44,404 nt of DNA from Eubacterium sp. CAG:180 (GCA_963628215.1 CAVGEJ010000004.1:1-44404); one strand, 5' to 3'; positions 27,003-35,554 are shown, numbered from the stretch's first letter. The notes: a model not told the origin generated them from the letters alone. A program made the numbers and translations.

Positions 27003-28415
27003 TTATCCCCCGAAAAATGCCCGCACAAGTTCTTTGCCGCCGACCTCCTGCGCCACGCCCGAGCCGATCCGAACCGCAACGTCGCAAAGCGCCTCGGCAC
27101 AGCGGCGGTCATGCGTAACCGTCAGAAGCGTAGTCCCGCGCTCGGTATGAATCCGGTTCAGCACCTCCACCATATCGCAAAGCCCGCGATAATCCTGCCC
27201 GACGGTCGGCTCATCCAGAATCAGAAGTTCGGGCACGGTTGCCGCCACCGCGGCGATGGATACCCGCCGTTTCTGCCCCTCCGAAAGGGACTGCGGATGC
27301 CGCGCGTAGAGTGACCGCACACCGAATGCCTCCGCAATTTCGTCCGCATAATCGTCCGAACCTGCGCCGAAGCGGATTTCCCGTTCCACCGTCGGCATGA
27401 ACAGCTGATAATCGGGATTCTGGTAGACCACGCCGACCCGCCGATACCATTCCCGACTTCCGCGCGTTCCCTGCCCGAGGCGGGAATCCAGAGTCTGGCG
27501 GATTCTGCCGCGCGTCGGTTTCTCCAGTCGCGCAATCAGTCGCAGGAGCGTGGTTTTGCCGCACCCGTTCTCCCCCAACAGAACCGTCCGCGAGCCACGC
27601 GGGATGTCAAACGTCACCCCGTCCAACACCTTGCGGTCACGCACCGAAAACGCAACGTCGGAGAGCGACAGCAGGGGTTCGCCGCCCGCAAACGCGGGAC
27701 AGCCGTCCGGAATCGGCGTTGATTGCTCCCGCAGATATGCCGCAGGATCGGAAACCTCCCGTGCCTGCCGGTTTCCGACATGGAAAACCCGATTCACAAA
27801 CGGCAACACCATGTCCAACCGATGCTCGATGACAACCACGCAGTAACCCGCGTCCGCAAGCGCGCGCAGAGTTGTCATCAGGAGTTCTGCGCCCGCCGTA
27901 TCCAGATTTGCAAGCGGCTCGTCCAGAATCACAATCTTCTGTCCCATTGCGAGCACCGACGCCGTTATCAGCCGCTGTTTCTGCCCGCCCGAAAGGCTGC
28001 GGCACTGCCACGACGGATTCAGCTGCATCAGATCGCAAACGGTTGCAATCTGCTTTTGTATCCGCTCGGGCGGGAAAGCAAGATTTTCACAGCCGAACGC
28101 CAACTCATCCTCAACCGTTTTCTGCAGAATCTGCGCGTCGGCGTTCTGGAGCACCACACCGACGCGGCGGCAGACCTCCCCGACCCGCCTGCCGCGAATG
28201 GGTTCGCCCGCAACCAGTACCTCGCCCGTCACCTCGCCGCCGACAAGCCCCGGCGCAATCCCGCTCATGACCGAAAGCAGGGTGCTTTTCCCCTCGCCCG
28301 AGTGTCCCGCAAGCAGAGTCACCTCTCCGTAGTTCAGAGCAAGGCTGATCCCCTCCAACACCCGCGTTTTTCCGTCATAGGAAAACCCGACATCCTTCAG
28401 TTCAATCGCCTTCAT
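27003..28415 (-). CDS. ECF transporter ATPase, duplicated (EcfA-EcfA' fusion)
   Basis: Start set at ATG 28415 (MKAIELKDVGF), an ATGA overlap with the upstream stop. There are two complete NBDs (GHSGEGKST / LSGGQKQR / ILDEPLANLD, and GENGCGKTT / LSEGQKRR / ILDEPTVGQD). Confidence 0.85.
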   Translation of the reverse strand: MKAIELKDVGFSYDGKTRVLEGISLALNYGEVTLLAGHSGEGKSTLLSVMSGIAPGLVGGEVTGEVLVAGEPIRGRRVGEVCRRVGVVLQNADAQILQKTVEDELAFGCENLAFPPERIQKQIATVCDLMQLNPSWQCRSLSGGQKQRLITASVLAMGQKIVILDEPLANLDTAGAELLMTTLRALADAGYCVVVIEHRLDMVLPFVNRVFHVGNRQAREVSDPAAYLREQSTPIPDGCPAFAGGEPLLSLSDVAFSVRDRKVLDGVTFDIPRGSRTVLLGENGCGKTTLLRLIARLEKPTRGRIRQTLDSRLGQGTRGSREWYRRVGVVYQNPDYQLFMPTVEREIRFGAGSDDYADEIAEAFGVRSLYARHPQSLSEGQKRRVSIAAVAATVPELLILDEPTVGQDYRGLCDMVEVLNRIHTERGTTLLTVTHDRRCAEALCDVAVRIGSGVAQEVGGKELVRAFFGG

Positions 28416-29089
28416 AATACCACCGCAAGGAGTGCGCCGACGGCAATCCCCAGAACGAAGATCACGTCGGACAGACAAACCGTTTCCTTTTTGTAAACCG
28501 TATCGGGAACTTTCTCAAGAGAGAAGCCGCGCGTTTCAACCGACAGCGAGAGCGTATCGGAAATATCAACCAACCGCATGACAAGCGGAACAAGGAAAGC
28601 GCGGTAGAAAATACGCGGATTCAGCGCGCTTCCCGCGCCGCGCGTCCGCATTGCCTCCCGCACCCGCCGGATCTCCGCGCCGAGGACAGGCGGAAAGGAG
28701 GTTGCGATCAGCATTCCGAGCGTCACCCCGCGCGGAACTTTCAGGGTGCGGAGACAACGCGTCATGTCCGCCGCCTCGGTGCTCATTCCGAGCGCCGCCG
28801 CGAGAAGCACCGCGCCGAACCGGTTGACCATCGCCAACGCAGACAGCGAATCGTGACCGTAGGCAAAATAGGCAATCGCGCCGAATGCCCCGCCGAACAG
28901 CGCCAACATCGGCAAAACCCGCAGAACGCCCCGCGCGCCGCCGAACAGGCAGAGCCAGAGGTATGCGCAACCGAGAAAAACGGTGCACCGCAGACTCCGC
29001 GCCGTGCAAAGTCCGAACACGAGGAAAAACAGCCCCGCAAGAAAAACGAAGATGGGATAGACCCGCCGCTTCCGAGAGAAAAAGCTCAT
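28412..29089 (-). CDS. ECF transporter T component (EcfT/CbiQ family)
   Basis: Start set at ATG 29089 (MSFFSRKRRVYPIF), an ATGA overlap with the upstream stop. Polytopic, with two coupling-helix-like motifs (EAMRTRGA and SVETRGF). Confidence 0.75.
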   Translation of the reverse strand: MSFFSRKRRVYPIFVFLAGLFFLVFGLCTARSLRCTVFLGCAYLWLCLFGGARGVLRVLPMLALFGGAFGAIAYFAYGHDSLSALAMVNRFGAVLLAAALGMSTEAADMTRCLRTLKVPRGVTLGMLIATSFPPVLGAEIRRVREAMRTRGAGSALNPRIFYRAFLVPLVMRLVDISDTLSLSVETRGFSLEKVPDTVYKKETVCLSDVIFVLGIAVGALLAVVL

Positions 29090-29778
29090 GACCGCAGAAC
29101 TCCCGCCTTTTTCATCTCCCGCGAGACCAACATTCCAACGCACGATCCCGCAAAGCAAAGCGCCACAACCGCCGCCGAGATGCCGATCACCACCCACGGG
29201 TCGGTACTGCCGAGGAAGATGGAGGTTGCCGCCTTCTCATTGCCCGTTACCTGATAGAACACCCGATAATAAAGGAACATCAGCGGAAGCGTCATGGGCA
29301 GGTAAACCGTTCCCGCAAACACGCATGCCCAATCGTTCCCGTAGCCGTGAAACAGCAGGAGAACCAGCGCCTCCGCAATCAATGCGCATACCGTGATAAG
29401 CGCCATCGGCGGAAACATGAAAATCAGAAACACCGAAATGAACACCGCCTGCAAAAGAAGCGCGCCCGGCTTCCGCACCTTCATCAGCCCGATTACGGGA
29501 AAGACCGAAAACTGAAGTCCAAGCCCCAGTTGGACAATGCCGAACAGCGGAACGTTGACAAGCAGCGGCATAACCGCGCCCGTTACCAACGTACAGGCGG
29601 TTATCACCGCAAGAAATACGATATCCCGGACGCTGTATTTCCGAATCGCATGCGGGCGCGCCGCGTGATCCGCTTTTTTCTCCTGCGCAGGGGCGGGGGC
29701 AGCCCCGGTTGCCTCTTCCGCGTTTTCCATCAATGCCGAAGCCGCCTCGGCGGCTTTGCGTTCTTCGTTCCCGTTCAT
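29086..29778 (-). CDS. MptD-family putative ECF S component (TIGR02185 Trep_Strep-like membrane protein)
   Basis: 230 aa. About 45 aa of hydrophilic N-terminal extension, then a strongly hydrophobic polytopic core and a basic C-terminal motif (REMKKAG). Sits directly upstream of EcfT/EcfA. Family assignment is by recollection. Confidence 0.55.
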   Translation of the reverse strand: MNGNEERKAAEAASALMENAEEATGAAPAPAQEKKADHAARPHAIRKYSVRDIVFLAVITACTLVTGAVMPLLVNVPLFGIVQLGLGLQFSVFPVIGLMKVRKPGALLLQAVFISVFLIFMFPPMALITVCALIAEALVLLLFHGYGNDWACVFAGTVYLPMTLPLMFLYYRVFYQVTGNEKAATSIFLGSTDPWVVIGISAAVVALCFAGSCVGMLVSREMKKAGVLRS

Positions 29779-31478
29779 GCCTTTACCTCCGTCATGTGCC
29801 CGTTTTCCACACGGTAAATCCGATCGGCAATCGCCATGGTCGACTCCCTGTGCGAAACCAGAATGATACTCTTCCTGCGCTTCTGCTCTTTCAGCGCGCC
29901 GAGAATGATGCCCTCGTTGATGCTGTCGACGTTGCTGGTCGGCTCGTCAAGCAGGATCAGCTCGCTTCCCCGCAAGAATGCGCGGGCAAGACCGATGCGC
30001 TGCTTTTCCCCCGCCGAAAGGTTGTCCCCCAGTGCGCCGACCCGCGTTGCGTAACCGTTCGGGAGCGACAGGATGAAGTCGTGCACCGACGCCATCCGGC
30101 ACGCCGCCTCGAGTTCCTCGCGCGTGGCGTCCGGCTTTGCAATGCGCAGATTGTCCTCAATCGTCTCGTCAAACAGATAGGTGCTCTGCGAAACCATGGT
30201 CACGTTCTCCAGAAGAGACGCGGTGTTGATACGGTCGATGTCGGTATCGTTATAAGCGATTCTGCCGTCGTCCTTTTCCCAGAACCGCAGAAGCAGCTTC
30301 AGAAGCGTGGATTTGCCGCAACCCGACGCGCCGACAATTCCGATGATTTCGCCCTTCTCCGCATGCATGCGGATGTCCTCCAGAACGCGCCGCTCCCCGT
30401 CGTAGGAGAAGGAGAGATCCGACACGTCCAGCGTTTTGTAATCGAAATCCGTCCCGTCGGTCACATCCTCCACCGCCGGCTTTTCCGCAAGCAGTTTCAG
30501 CACTCTGTCGCCGCTCGCCAACGTCTGCGTCAGATTTCCCGGGAGCGACCCGACCGCGATAACAGGACCGAACGACGAGAACACCGTCACCATGCCGATT
30601 ATCATGCGACCGATTCCCAACTCGCCCCGCGACACAAGCAGAATGCCGACCGCCAACGTCAGAAGCACGAACAGCGAAACCGACAACTCAATCGCCGCGC
30701 CCGCACGGGTGATGTTATGTTTCATCTTTTTCGTCTCGCACAGCATGGAATCCGAGCGGCGGTTGACCTCGGTCTCCCGCTCCGCCCCCGCATTGTTGAG
30801 CACGATATCGCGGATGCCCCGGATGCTGTCAAGGAAGTATGCCGAAAAGGAGGAAAACTCCGCGCGATACCGCACGCCGCTCTCTTTGAGCCTGCCCGAG
30901 GAAATCAGCGGCACGGCAATGCCGATGAACAGATATCCGACCAACGCCACAAGCGCAAGATACCACGAAGAAACCGACCCGACGAACAGGAACACCGCAA
31001 GCGACACCAGAACCGCAATGCAGATCGGCGACACGGTGTGCGCGTAGAACACCTCAAGCGTTTCGATATCCGAGGTAATCATCGCAATGATACCGCCCTT
31101 TTGCCGGCTTTCCAGTTTTGCGGGGCAGAGTCTGCGGAGCGCGCCGAAGATTTTATCCCGCAGAACCGCAAGAAGGCGGAACGCGATATAATGGTTGCTG
31201 TACTGCTCAAAATAGCGCAGAATGCCGCGCAGAACGCCGCACCCGACGGCAATGCCGATGATCGCGCCGTAGGAAAGCGCAATCGGCTCGCCCAATGCTT
31301 TCGCAACGCCGACCGCACCCGAAACCGTGACGCCCATTGCGCAGACGAATCCGAGGCTTCCGTTCAGTACCGCCAGAAGCATGATGTAGGAAAGACTGCC
31401 CAACAGCAAAATCAGGCTCGCCATGATTTTTGCGCCGTTCTCGCGAAGCGGCTTCCGCTGATTCGACCCGGTTCTCAT
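29775..31478 (-). CDS. ABC transporter, exporter-fold half-transporter (TMD-NBD, CydC-like)
   Basis: 567 aa. Six-TM N-terminal half, then GASGCGKST, LSAGEKQR, LLDEPTSNVD. ATGA overlaps at both ends. Confidence 0.85.
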   Translation of the reverse strand: MRTGSNQRKPLRENGAKIMASLILLLGSLSYIMLLAVLNGSLGFVCAMGVTVSGAVGVAKALGEPIALSYGAIIGIAVGCGVLRGILRYFEQYSNHYIAFRLLAVLRDKIFGALRRLCPAKLESRQKGGIIAMITSDIETLEVFYAHTVSPICIAVLVSLAVFLFVGSVSSWYLALVALVGYLFIGIAVPLISSGRLKESGVRYRAEFSSFSAYFLDSIRGIRDIVLNNAGAERETEVNRRSDSMLCETKKMKHNITRAGAAIELSVSLFVLLTLAVGILLVSRGELGIGRMIIGMVTVFSSFGPVIAVGSLPGNLTQTLASGDRVLKLLAEKPAVEDVTDGTDFDYKTLDVSDLSFSYDGERRVLEDIRMHAEKGEIIGIVGASGCGKSTLLKLLLRFWEKDDGRIAYNDTDIDRINTASLLENVTMVSQSTYLFDETIEDNLRIAKPDATREELEAACRMASVHDFILSLPNGYATRVGALGDNLSAGEKQRIGLARAFLRGSELILLDEPTSNVDSINEGIILGALKEQKRRKSIILVSHRESTMAIADRIYRVENGHMTEVKA

Positions 31479-33202
31479 GCAACCACCTCCCCGAAATTTC
31501 CTTCCAGAGTTTTCTGCGCCGTGTAAAGCCGCGCGTAGCCGCCCTGTTTTTCCATCAGTTCCGCATGCGTGCCGCTCTCCCGCACTTCGCCGTTTTCCAT
31601 GTAATAGATTCTGTCTGCGGGCACAACGTTTTCCAAGCGATGCGAAATCACCACCACGCTCTTTTTCCCGGCAAGCTTCCGGACGTTCCGCATGATGATG
31701 GCTTCGCTTTCCACGTCAATGTTGCTGGTCGCTTCGTCAAACACATAGATGTCTTTTCCCGCCACCAGTGCAACCGCCAACGCCAACCGCTGTTTCTGAC
31801 CGCCCGAGATATTGCTTGCGTCCTCGGTGATAACCTTGTCAAGTCCGCCGTTTTCCTCCACAAAGCGCCGCAGGTTGACCTGCTCCAATGCCGAAAAGAT
31901 CTCATCGTCGGTTACATCCCGCTTTGCCAACCGGAAATTGTCGCGCACGCTCTCGTTGAAAATGTAGGTATTGTAGCTGACCGCCCCGAGGCGCGTATAC
32001 AGACCCTCGCGCGACAGCGCCGACAGCGGCTTGCCGCCAACCGTGACCTCGCCCGAGGCGGGACGGTTTGCGCCGATCAGCAGATTCACCGCGGTGGATT
32101 TTCCGCATCCCGAAGCGCCCACGATTGCCGTCATGCCGACTGCGGGAAAGTCCATGCTCACGTGCCGCAGAACTTCCCGCTTGCCGTCGTAAGAGAACGT
32201 CACGTCGCAGAGGCGCATTTCCGTATTTTCAGCCGTTTCCGTCCCCCATTCGGGATCGGGCGTGTTCAGAAGCGTGATAATCTTCTTTCCCGCGCTCGCG
32301 CCGTTCATGGCAACATGGAACGCCGAGCCGAACGCCCGAAGCGGCAGAAAGAACTCCACCGCCACAAGGCACAGGAAGAGCGCCGCAATGGGGTTCAGTC
32401 CGCGGAACGCCGCGCCGCTGACCGCCAACGCGATTCCCGCGCCCGCGCCGCCGTAGGCAACCAGATCCATGATGGTCGTACTGGCAAGCTGCATCACCAA
32501 CACCTTCATCGTGATCTCGCGGAATTCCTCGGCGCTCTCGTTCAGCTTCTCGTGCTGCGCCGCGTCCGCACGGAAGATTTTCAGTTCCTTCAGCCCCTGC
32601 ACACTGTCAAGGAAGGTATCGCCCATCGAGGTATACTTGCCCCAGTACTTGGCGAAGATTTTCTTTGCGTACTTGCTGACCGCAACAATTGAGATCGGAA
32701 TCAGCGGCACGCAGGCAAGCAGCAGGAGCGCGGTACGCCAGTCGATTCCCACGCAGATAACGAACAGCAGCACGGGCGCTAACATGGCAAAGAAGAACTG
32801 CGGCAGATAGGAGGAATAGTACAGATCCAACTGCTCCACGCCCTCCACGGACACCTGCGTCAGCCCTGCCATGCTCATGCCGTCCGCGTTCTTCACGCCG
32901 AGGGTCACGAGTTTGTTATAAACCCGCTCGCGCAAATCCTTCTTGACCGATCTGCCGAGCCGATCCTTGACGTCTCCCGTCAGCCGTGTGCAAAGATACC
33001 GCACTCCAACGGCAACCGCCGCGCCGATCAGCGGCGCGAGGTATCGCTCCGTATCTGCCCCCTGCGTCAGAAGCCATACCGCATAGCAGACGCACCCCGT
33101 GACCGATACGTTTGCAATCAGCCCCAACGCCTGCAATGCCACCGCAATGAAAATATATTTTCGGTTTGACCCGATCAGGCGGAACAACGCCTTGTCAATC
33201 AT
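31475..33202 (-). CDS. ABC transporter, exporter-fold half-transporter (TMD-NBD, CydD-like)
   Basis: 575 aa. N-terminal TMD, then GASGCGKST, ISGGQKQR, VFDEATSNID. Confidence 0.85.
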   Translation of the reverse strand: MIDKALFRLIGSNRKYIFIAVALQALGLIANVSVTGCVCYAVWLLTQGADTERYLAPLIGAAVAVGVRYLCTRLTGDVKDRLGRSVKKDLRERVYNKLVTLGVKNADGMSMAGLTQVSVEGVEQLDLYYSSYLPQFFFAMLAPVLLFVICVGIDWRTALLLLACVPLIPISIVAVSKYAKKIFAKYWGKYTSMGDTFLDSVQGLKELKIFRADAAQHEKLNESAEEFREITMKVLVMQLASTTIMDLVAYGGAGAGIALAVSGAAFRGLNPIAALFLCLVAVEFFLPLRAFGSAFHVAMNGASAGKKIITLLNTPDPEWGTETAENTEMRLCDVTFSYDGKREVLRHVSMDFPAVGMTAIVGASGCGKSTAVNLLIGANRPASGEVTVGGKPLSALSREGLYTRLGAVSYNTYIFNESVRDNFRLAKRDVTDDEIFSALEQVNLRRFVEENGGLDKVITEDASNISGGQKQRLALAVALVAGKDIYVFDEATSNIDVESEAIIMRNVRKLAGKKSVVVISHRLENVVPADRIYYMENGEVRESGTHAELMEKQGGYARLYTAQKTLEGNFGEVVA

Positions 33203-33259
33203 CTTTCCGTTCCTCTCTTTCCTGTTGCTTTTTGTTCTTTCGCGGAATGCAGAATGCGT

Positions 33260-33637
33260 TCATGACGCGCCTCTGCCCATTCCCGAACGGATGAAATTCG
33301 CCACCCCGTTCCGCGTGGCGTCCGAAAACGCACAGCTGACATTCAGCGCGTCCTCATACGCCTGCTCGGGAGGAGTTCCGCAATGCACCGACAAATGCGT
33401 GGAGATAAAGCCGATGATCGTCATGTATTCCCCGAGAATCCGCAAACCTTCTTCGGTTAATGTGACAAGACGCTCGGTCTTTTCGATGTACCCCTTGTCC
33501 CGCAGGCGCTCCACGGCGTTGTAAGCGCTGACCTTGGACACGCCCAGCCTTGCGGCAATGTCTTTTTGTTTCACCGCCGCTCCGCTCTCGGCAAGCCTGT
33601 TCGCCGCAATCAGATACCGCAGTTCCGATGAACTCAT
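33260..33637 (-). CDS. DtxR/MntR-family-like winged-helix transcriptional regulator
   Basis: Start set at ATG 33637, with GAGGTG 6 nt upstream (track start 33646 is a GTG). 125 aa. ELRYLIAANRL...VKQKDIAARLGVSKVSAYNAVERLRDKGYIEK...VTLTEEG aligns by eye with the MntR/DtxR N-terminal DNA-binding domain. First gene of the operon. Confidence 0.65.
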   Translation of the reverse strand: MSSSELRYLIAANRLAESGAAVKQKDIAARLGVSKVSAYNAVERLRDKGYIEKTERLVTLTEEGLRILGEYMTIIGFISTHLSVHCGTPPEQAYEDALNVSCAFSDATRNGVANFIRSGMGRGAS

Positions 33638-33668
33638 ATTCATCACCTCACAAATAAATTCGCAATTA

Positions 33669-33684
33669 GTTAGCCTTAGCTAAC
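33669..33684 (-). promoter_or_regulatory. operator-like palindrome GTTAGC-CTTA-GCTAAC (RBS-proximal site)
   Basis: Lies 31 nt upstream of the regulator ATG. Its 22-nt context is 20/22 identical to 26419-26440. Confidence 0.6.
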
Positions 33685-33725
33685 CGATTGGTAAAAAGAA
33701 TGAATCGATCTTTTTCGGCATTTTA

Positions 33726-33741
33726 GTTAGCCAAGGCTAAC
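33726..33741 (-). promoter_or_regulatory. operator-like palindrome GTTAGCC-AA-GGCTAAC
   Basis: Perfect 7-bp arms, located in the leader about 40 nt downstream of the -10 hexamer. Confidence 0.55.
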
Positions 33742-33780
33742 CGATGCCCGAAAAAAATCGGTTCGGGTCGAACCATCTGT

Positions 33781-33809
33781 ATTATACACAGTCGGGAAGA
33801 ATTTGTCAA
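33781..33809 (-). promoter_or_regulatory. consensus sigma-70 promoter of the regulator/ABC/ECF operon
   Basis: On the minus strand: TTGACA (33809-33804), 17-nt spacer, TATAAT (33786-33781). Confidence 0.75.
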
Positions 33810-33895
33810 GCAAAAGTTAGCGACAGACTAAAAAGTTTTCCGTTTGTTCATTTTTGAAACGAACGCGGAAAGCACGATATTTCTGCCGGAAAACC

Positions 33896-33924
33896 TTGAA
33901 ATCTCCCGCTTTTTATGCTATAAT
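33896..33924 (+). promoter_or_regulatory. sigma-70 promoter of the divergent small gene
   Basis: TTGAAA (33896-33901), 17-nt spacer, TGc-TATAAT (33919-33924). Confidence 0.6.
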
Positions 33925-33966
33925 GGAAGGAACGGAAGGATTCCTGTTTTCGGGCGGAGGATGACG

Positions 33967-34470
33967 ATGGTGACTTTGAATATTGAATTTCTGGAAGAAT
34001 ACAAACACCTTGACCGTTTGTGCCGAGACCTTCTGGGCAGCGCGGAGGGGGTATCCGAGTATATCCGTCAGATGGACATGACCCCGCAACGGGATCGTCG
34101 CTATGCCGTGAATTGGGAATTTGACTACAGACAGCTGAAACGCCTTCGCGCAATCCGCAATCGGCTCGTGCATGACGATGATATCCGGTATGCCGACCGT
34201 TGCACGGAGGAAGATCTGGCATGGGTCAAAGCGTTCTACAGCCGGATTCTGAATGAAAATGACCCGTTTTGCGTTGTGCGGAAGGAAAAGGAAGCCGAAG
34301 CAAAGCGCCTTGCGCAACAACGTCGGACTGCCGATCAAATGCCGCAGCGGGTGAAAAAAAACGATCCTGCACCCCAAACGAGCCCGATCCCGCCCGCGGA
34401 AGAACCGAAACCGCGGAAGCCGCTTGTCAAACGGATTTTCGAAAAATTGCGGGCTTGGCTTCGGCGATAA
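33967..34470 (+). CDS. hypothetical protein with a helical N-domain and a basic Pro/Lys-rich tail
   Basis: 167 aa if started at ATG 33967, which has GGAGG 6 nt upstream. ATG 33961 is possible but abuts the SD. No motif recognised. Promoter and terminator are both present. Confidence 0.6.
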   Translation: MVTLNIEFLEEYKHLDRLCRDLLGSAEGVSEYIRQMDMTPQRDRRYAVNWEFDYRQLKRLRAIRNRLVHDDDIRYADRCTEEDLAWVKAFYSRILNENDPFCVVRKEKEAEAKRLAQQRRTADQMPQRVKKNDPAPQTSPIPPAEEPKPRKPLVKRIFEKLRAWLRR

Positions 34471-34473
34471 TCC

Positions 34474-34508
34474 GGACAGAACCCTTTACGGTTCTGTCCT
34501 TTTTCTTT
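34474..34508 (+). terminator. intrinsic terminator
   Basis: GGACAGAACC (34474-34483) pairs with GGTTCTGTCC (34490-34499), followed by TTTTTCTTT. Confidence 0.8.
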
Positions 34509-34547
34509 ACAATTACCGGACACTTTTCCGCAAAGCCGCAAAACCGC

Positions 34548-34576
34548 TTGAAAAAAGCCCGAAAATGTGGTATACT
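34548..34576 (+). promoter_or_regulatory. sigma-70 promoter of the nucleoside hydrolase gene
   Basis: TTGAAA (34548-34553), 17-nt spacer, TGg-TATACT (34571-34576). Confidence 0.6.
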
Positions 34577-34604
34577 GATTCCACTTCAGAAAACGAGGTA
34601 TGGT

Positions 34605-35525
34605 ATGGAACGCGGACAGCCTGTTAAAAAAAGAATTCCCGTCATCATTGACACGGACATCGGAAACGATATTGATGACACATGGGCATTGGTCTTTGCC
34701 CTTCTGCGCGACGAGTTGGACATCCGTTTGGCGACAACCGTGCTCGGCGACCCGATCTATTCCGCCAAACTGATTGCCAAACTCACGGAGGTCTGCGGAA
34801 AAGCGCCGATCGACATCGGGCTTGGAAAGCGCGGGTCAGAGCCTGCGCGCTATCAGGGAAAATGGGTGGCGGATTACGACCTTGCCTCCTATCGCGGCAG
34901 GATTTATGAGGACGGCGTGGCAAGAATGCTGGAGGTCATACGCGACTGCGACGAGACGGTCACGATCCTTGGCATGGGTCCCTGCACCAACCTTGCCGAA
35001 GCGCTCCGCCGCGACCCGCGCATTGCGGAAAAAGTGCGCGTGATTTCGATTTTCGGCGGACTGTTCCGGGGCTACTTCGGCTCTTCCCCCTGCCCCGAGT
35101 ACAACGTTCATCAGGACATCGAAGCGGCAAAAGCCGTGCTTGCCGGCTATCCGCACCTGCTCATCTCCCCCATCGACACCTTCTTTGACGTGGTACTGGA
35201 CGGGGAGCGGTTGGAGCGGATCAGGCGCATGCGCGACAGGAGCGCCCCGGTTCGCGCGGTCCTCGAAAACTTTGACATCTGGGCAGACAGCTATCCGCTT
35301 TGGCGGGACAAGCCCCGTGACCGCACCTCCGAACTTTGCGACGTACTCCCCGTCTACCTTGCGATCACCAACGAGGGGCTTATCAATCGAACCTACCGTC
35401 TGGAGATCGCCGAAAAGGGTCTGACAAGGGTCTCCGACGCGGGTGTTCCCGTTGAGGTCGCAATCGAATGGAGCGACAGGGATCGTGTGTTGGATTTTCT
35501 GACCGATACCTTTTGTGAAAGCTGA
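34605..35525 (+). CDS. nucleoside hydrolase (IUNH family)
   Basis: Start moved to ATG 34605, with GAGG 6 nt upstream. N-terminal IPVIIDTDIGNDIDDTWAL is the DxDxxxDD calcium/ribose-binding signature. 306 aa. Confidence 0.78.
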   Translation: MERGQPVKKRIPVIIDTDIGNDIDDTWALVFALLRDELDIRLATTVLGDPIYSAKLIAKLTEVCGKAPIDIGLGKRGSEPARYQGKWVADYDLASYRGRIYEDGVARMLEVIRDCDETVTILGMGPCTNLAEALRRDPRIAEKVRVISIFGGLFRGYFGSSPCPEYNVHQDIEAAKAVLAGYPHLLISPIDTFFDVVLDGERLERIRRMRDRSAPVRAVLENFDIWADSYPLWRDKPRDRTSELCDVLPVYLAITNEGLINRTYRLEIAEKGLTRVSDAGVPVEVAIEWSDRDRVLDFLTDTFCES

Positions 35526-35554
35526 AAAGGCGCACGGCAAGCCGTGCGCCTTTT
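35525..35554. terminator. bidirectional intrinsic terminator (nucleoside hydrolase / EF-G paralogue)
   Basis: AAAA-GGCGCACGGC-AA-GCCGTGCGCC-TTTT, located between convergent stop codons. Confidence 0.8.

Noticed and set aside
26643-27112. 99-aa (plus) and 121-aa (minus) ORFs inside the inverted-repeat element
   Set aside because: Their sequences are translations of the palindromic arms (the same peptide-like strings appear on both strands). There is no RBS, and they overlap the end of the ECF ATPase gene.
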